The notes under the pieces are model-generated. The model saw only the letters and a list, made by a program, of their open reading frames with translations, was not told where the DNA came from and ran no database searches. From Zootoca vivipara (taxonomy: Eukaryota), in NCBI RefSeq assembly GCF_963506605.1, contig NC_083277.1, positions 83,762,001 to 83,826,000 of the forward strand: DNA of 64,000 nucleotides, written 5' to 3'. The number at the start of each line of letters is the position of its first letter. The stretch's first letter is position 1. The position numbers and the translations under genes are program-made. Below are positions 59,501 to 64,000 of this stretch, in pieces.

Positions 59501-60878
59501 AAACACTTACATGTTAGCCCAGTGTGACCAAAGAGATCTAAGGCACCGGTTTAGATCAAGGCAAGTTTCCAAATAACCACATAAAAGTATAGCACATATA
59601 TATATTTATTGAAGATTTCTAAAATAGCAGAATGAGAACCCTGTTACCCAATTAGAATGAGAGATTTTACAGTTGGTGGGAAGTGCTGATCAGTTAGGAA
59701 GGGGATTGGCCAACCAAAGGAAGCCAGTTCTCTTTGATATCACATCATTGTGGTTTATATTATCCACAAAGGGAAATTTTATCATTAGCATTTGCCAACA
59801 ATCCAGTGAGGTGTGACAAGGTGTGTGAATGGGGCCAACCTCCTTCTGAAGTTTCATGTCAAATGGAGTGGTGGTCCACCCTCTGTGCGTGTGATGCTTT
59901 TGACATGAGTTGTTCTCTCCTAGGCAATGGAGTACAGGGTTTCTAGATGTAGATGTAGATTCTCCTAAAGTGATTGAGAGGGAGAGAGACTGGATTTTTT
60001 TTGTTACCTGTGCAGTGAATCAGCATGTTCAACACCTAAGAAATCCTTCATCTGGACCTGCCTTTAAGGTGACTTCCGCCCTATTTTCACTGGAATTAAC
60101 CTCCTTTGTTCACTATTTTTTTATGTGTACATTTTATTCATAATGGCAGCCCATGTGAGTTCCTCTGCTGTCTTCCCATTTTTTTCAGACCTGATAAGGG
60201 CCTCTTTTTGTTGTAAAATACAGTTGCAGCACCAGTCTGTCTAGTGTGGACTGGCAAAGTACTATGGACACTTTTGAGTTACTGTAGCTTTTTAATTAGT
60301 AACACCCTCCTAAGTAGTTGATTCCTTTTCAGTCACTAGCCATGACTTTCCTGAATTGTCCTTCATAAGTCAGTTCCTATTCCCTGCAAATTACAGGAGT
60401 GGAGGAGTTTGTTGTCATTAATTGGTTGTATTTATGTTAGACACTTGGAGTGTTTCATTTTGAAATTGGAGAGCTCAGATGTACAGTACAAAAATGCTCC
60501 AATAAAATAAATGAGTAATATATAGTGGAACTTTGCCCAATGAAAACAGCATTATCTAAAGTGTCATGTAGGACCACCGTTTTAATTCTGCTTCCAACTG
60601 ATTGCAGAAAGGCAAGGAATGCCTCACCAATGCTAAAGGGTCCCGATCAGTTGAAAGCAATCTACCGTAAGTGTCCTTGTGTGTTTCTTAACTGACACTT
60701 GTAGAATTGGGTCATTCTTTCCCAGGAAAAATGAAGCATGTTATTCTTTCTTTATAGATCTCAGAAGACAGAAAGTGAAAACTGTATGTTTGTCTCTTGG
60801 AAAAACAATACAATTGCTCCTTCACAAATTTCTTGCACCCATCATTTGCATTACATTTGTGAAAAATATCAAGCATAA
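48914..60878 (+). CDS. Gene D: divergent type II transmembrane C-type lectin-like receptor, about 201 aa (first coding exon tentative)
   Basis: Candidate exon 1 is 48914-48932 (ATG GCA CGT CGG AGG CCA G|gtagga; low confidence). Further exons: 52852-52962 (ERDYENV), 54758-54892 (CCCRR plus TM LYILVFVSLLIASAAFVLAFLK), 56288-56421 (CPGGFQKYQTKCFYIS...WAEARRDC), 58464-58549 (EYWVD), 60758-60878 (ENCMFV...SC...YICEK stop). Phases 1,1,1,0,2 match genes A-C, all six CTLD cysteines are present, and the total is 606 nt in frame. Confidence 0.75.
49320..49535 (+). mobile_element. Older tRNA-derived (CORE/MIR-like) SINE
   Basis: A-box-like TAGCGGTTAAAG, GGTTCAAATCC, GTGACCTTGGGC core. Confidence 0.55.
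52250..52810 (-). mobile_element. CR1 LINE 3' fragment (old)
   Basis: Reverse-complement similarity to 5968-6545. Confidence 0.55.
52998..53133. mobile_element. hAT-type MITE
   Basis: Same family; imperfect TSD gtctaggg/gcgtaggg; lies 35 bp into an intron of gene D. Confidence 0.85.
53494..53642 (-). mobile_element. Bov-B 3' fragment with an expanded (CAA)n tail
   Basis: Same 3' end as the other Bov-B copies. Confidence 0.85.
53752..54176. mobile_element. Solo LTR (425 bp)
   Basis: TGTGGC...GCCACA inverted termini; 5-bp TSD ccctc on both sides. Confidence 0.7.
55907..56042. mobile_element. hAT-type MITE
   Basis: Same family; 8-bp TSD ggttaaac. Confidence 0.88.
57123..57347. mobile_element. 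Tc1/mariner (Tigger-like) MITE
   Basis: CAGTGGTACCTCGGGTTAC TIRs; TA TSD. Confidence 0.8.
57350..57660 (-). mobile_element. CR1 LINE RT fragment
   Basis: Minus strand encodes IKFADDTKL and NRMKFN...KCKVLHL. Confidence 0.7.
57819..58453 (+). mobile_element. L2 LINE 3' fragment ending 10 bp before exon 5 of gene D
   Basis: Encodes KLQLVQNSAARLLTG...HITRIL...LHWLP; (AGT)n(AAT)n tail. Confidence 0.85.
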
Positions 60879-62230
60879 GAAACAATATATTTTCATGTTA
60901 CTTTGTAAGCTTTGCATTGTCATTAGTGAAAAATTATGGTATGTAGCTGTAATGTGCTAGTCTATGTATGTGTTCTGTTCATAGTTTCAATGTACGGTGG
61001 ACTTTGCCCTTCTATGGCCGGTTGCATGGGAATATGTCTCAAACGGCTGTTATAGTGCTACGGAAGTATATCTCCAGAGCGGAAACAAAACAGCCAATTT
61101 TGAGGTGGGCAAACAGCTGAGAATGGTCTTTTAAAAATTTGGTATAACACTAAAGAGCAGGTGTGTCTGCTTCCGGCGACCAGCTCTTGGCCTTCTTTTG
61201 TGTGTGCTTGTGCAGAGACTTTGCATCTTGTCTTCCACCCCATCACTGTTGGAAGCAGAAATGGATCATGCTCTGAAAACTGAAAAAAGAAAGAAAAGGA
61301 AATAAACAGGAAATGGGAAGGGCGAGAGAGAGCATTAAATATGGCTTTAAATAGCACAAGCATGCCAAGAAAACAAGGGAACAGCAAACTGAAAAACAGT
61401 ACCAAAAGCAGATTTCAGCCAGAAAAAAAGGATGTTAGAAATGTGCCTCAATAATAAGAGGGAAATGAGAGAAAATTGCCTCGCTGCTCAACTGGCAATG
61501 TGAACTAATATTGAAAATACGAAAGAAGGAGGGAAAATGTTCAGTGCTGGCTTTGATTCAGCCTTTCTAAAGCTCAGGATGTGACTGGATGATTATGCAA
61601 ACATGTAAAAATAAGGGAAGGCAAAGAATGAAAATGAAAATACAGAAGAAGAAGCTCAAATAATATTTACCTGATTTCAAGGAAATGAGCTGAGCCTAAA
61701 GTAATACACTGTTGTGCATGGAACTTGCTTGAGAAATGTTCAGTTAAAGGTAGACAAATCTCACAGTTTCTCCCCATTTCAAATTTTTCCAATCTTAATT
61801 CACCCTTATTTCTGCATCAGTTTGTAAATATTTTTAAAGTTCATGAAAATTTATTTGCATTTTCCTGTGCTTTTCTCCTTATGTGTTTTGGATGCAGTTG
61901 TGCCCAGCATATGCATTTTTGCCAGCATATTCCCTAATATGCTGTTTTCATCAAGACACATGTTTTTAATATATGCATTCTTTTACATACTGTTGTTATT
62001 GTTGTTAGAGAACTGCATCACAAAAGCGCAAATTTCAATGGGTTGCTGTGTCTTGTGCTTGTGTACTGGGTCTGGAAGTCTGGATTGGGTAGATTCAATT
62101 CATTGTGCAAAGTTTGATCTTCACCCTTCAAAATAGGTCAGATGACAAATGCAAACACTTCTTGACTGGTTTAAACTGAGAAGTATTTCAAATGAATAAG
62201 ATAGTTGCAATAGCGATTGGATTCTGAGTA

Positions 62231-62470
62231 TAGTGGTTCCGTGGTTCTCAAACTCAATCTGTTCTGGAAGTCCTTTTGACTTCCAAAATGTTTGCAAACC
62301 AAGGCATGGCTTCTGATTGGCTGATTGGCCCTGGAAACAATGCCGACATCCGAAATGGACGTTCGGCTTCCAAAAAATGTTCACAAATCAGAAAACTTAC
62401 TTCCGGGTCTGCAGTGATCGGGAGCTGATTTGTTCGGGAGCCAAGCCGTTCGAGAACCAAGGTACCACTG
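62231..62470. mobile_element. Tc1/mariner (Tigger-like) MITE
   Basis: Degenerate left TIR, right TIR GAGAACCAAGGTACCACTG, TA flanks. Confidence 0.7.
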
Positions 62471-64000
62471 TATTTCACAATTCACTGAATATCATCTTTG
62501 CAGATGGTATTTGGAATCAAAATTTGTAGATCTGTGGGTAAAACCACACACAAACACACAGCGGTCCCTGTGAGTGAGCACATTTATGTGCCCCAAAAGA
62601 GAGAGGGTCAGACAGCTGAGACTTTGTAGATGGAGTTCAGCTGTGGTGATGGAAGCTGCCAAAGTTTCTCTGGGGATCTGCCTGCTGATGGAGTGTCTAT
62701 TTGCTTCCAAAAGGCTCTGCTTATATCACTTCTAGCTGCAGACAGATGTTGCATACCAACAAGACTGTAGCCAAAACAGGGCTACTGGGGAACAAGCTGG
62801 AGGTATCAGCATACTTATGTAAAACCCTAAGTTTGCAAAGTAGGGGGGGGGACTAAGAAAGGGGAACACCACCACCCTTCATAAAAAAGACCAGTGAGGA
62901 CTGGGCATGCTCACTGGCCATATGAAGAAGAGAATGGAGTATGATGGGAAGGGGCATGGCTCTGTGGATCACCAAACAGGAGCATTCTGCACAGCATAAT
63001 TTTTAAGCAAATGTTCAAGGAATGGTGAGTCTTCAATGCTACCTCATTCAGAGGGAATTAAACCCTGTAGGACTGTCCTTGATGTCTTGCCACTTAGGGA
63101 AGTGGTGCCATGCACTCATGACAATTTTTTTAAGGTACTTGGAAAAAACCGTTCAGTGTGGGTGCTAAATGTTTCTAAGGAAATAAGTTCATATTGCATA
63201 ATTCCCTGCCAAGTTTTAAGGAAGTGAGAGGAGAGGTGGTTAAAAGTTACAACAGATGCCCTAGTTGGATCCATTGTCCTTCTTTGTTCTCCTTCAGTAG
63301 AGTTTCTCCTGTTTTTCCAGCTAGCTAACCACCCCAAATCTGTTTGCCAAAGCCCACAACCTCCCCTTTGCATGTCTCAGGTGGCATTTCCCTGGACCAC
63401 TGAAGGATGGATTATTATCAGTAGTTTCATGAACAGAAACACCACCAGTTGAATTGCTGTCTTAACAAAATGTCTCTTGCCCTCACTTGTTCTAAAATAA
63501 TAGGACTAAACGTAGGGGCTGAGTTCAGCAAAGGTGCTTTCTATTTCCAGCCCGTTTTAGTCACTCACACCCTTACACTCAAGCACCATTTGGCACCCTG
63601 GAGTCCTTGGCCTAATTTGCCTGTCATCAGAAGGGATAGGCATTGTTCCTGAACCTCATCCACCTTTTGTTGCCTTGGAAACCATGAGAGCCAGCAGTCA
63701 TATTTGCTAATGGAAGCTCACCTGCCTTCTGAGTTGGACTGGTAGACAGTTTTATTATTATTATTATTTTACTAAGGGCATACTGTGAAAGCCCACCATT
63801 TCAAGGTTATATATGGGGTGGGAGAAGAGACTTCAGGAGAAGGGCCAAGATTAACACCAACGTTTAGTCTCATCCTAGCCTATATTCAATATTAAATTGG
63901 GGTGGGAAGACCTTAATCACCATGGCACATTAGCTGAAGATGCAACTATTCATGCCTACTTTTAATAGACCCATGGCCTTTAAAAAGATGTTATTGAGTC

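Noticed and set aside
59924-59970. Possible extra gene D micro-exon starting QWSTG after a good acceptor
   Set aside because: No convincing phase-2 donor, and the model is in frame without it.

Overview
Vertebrate genomic DNA from a squamate, probably a lacertid lizard (inferred from Sauria SINE, Squam3-like SINE, Bov-B, L2, CR1 and Penelope repeats). The anchor gene is TRAPPC5 (minus strand). It is flanked by four hand-assembled, six-exon type II C-type lectin-domain (CTLD) receptor genes: A (+, 2584-13376), B (-, 23544-29829), C (-, 32213-37945) and D (+, about 48914-60878). In mammals TRAPPC5 lies between MCEMP1 and FCER2/CLEC4G/CD209. Genes A-C have FCER2/CD23-like lectin domains but no detectable coiled-coil stalk exon. 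They also have acidic tyrosine-rich (YxN/YEYI) cytoplasmic tails and share a RUNX-ETS-GATA promoter module. Gene A carries an L1 insertion with a 138-bp duplication and has lost the exon 5 donor. Gene C has a transmembrane lysine and a GC-AG intron. Also present: a solitary OR10-like olfactory receptor with a single internal TGA, an ORF-intact L2 LINE with tandem 122-bp 5' monomers, a Penelope-type hairpin with a hammerhead core, many MITEs/SINEs/LINE fragments and one 135-N assembly gap. Comparisons to human proteins are from memory and need alignment. Boundaries of old repeats are approximate.
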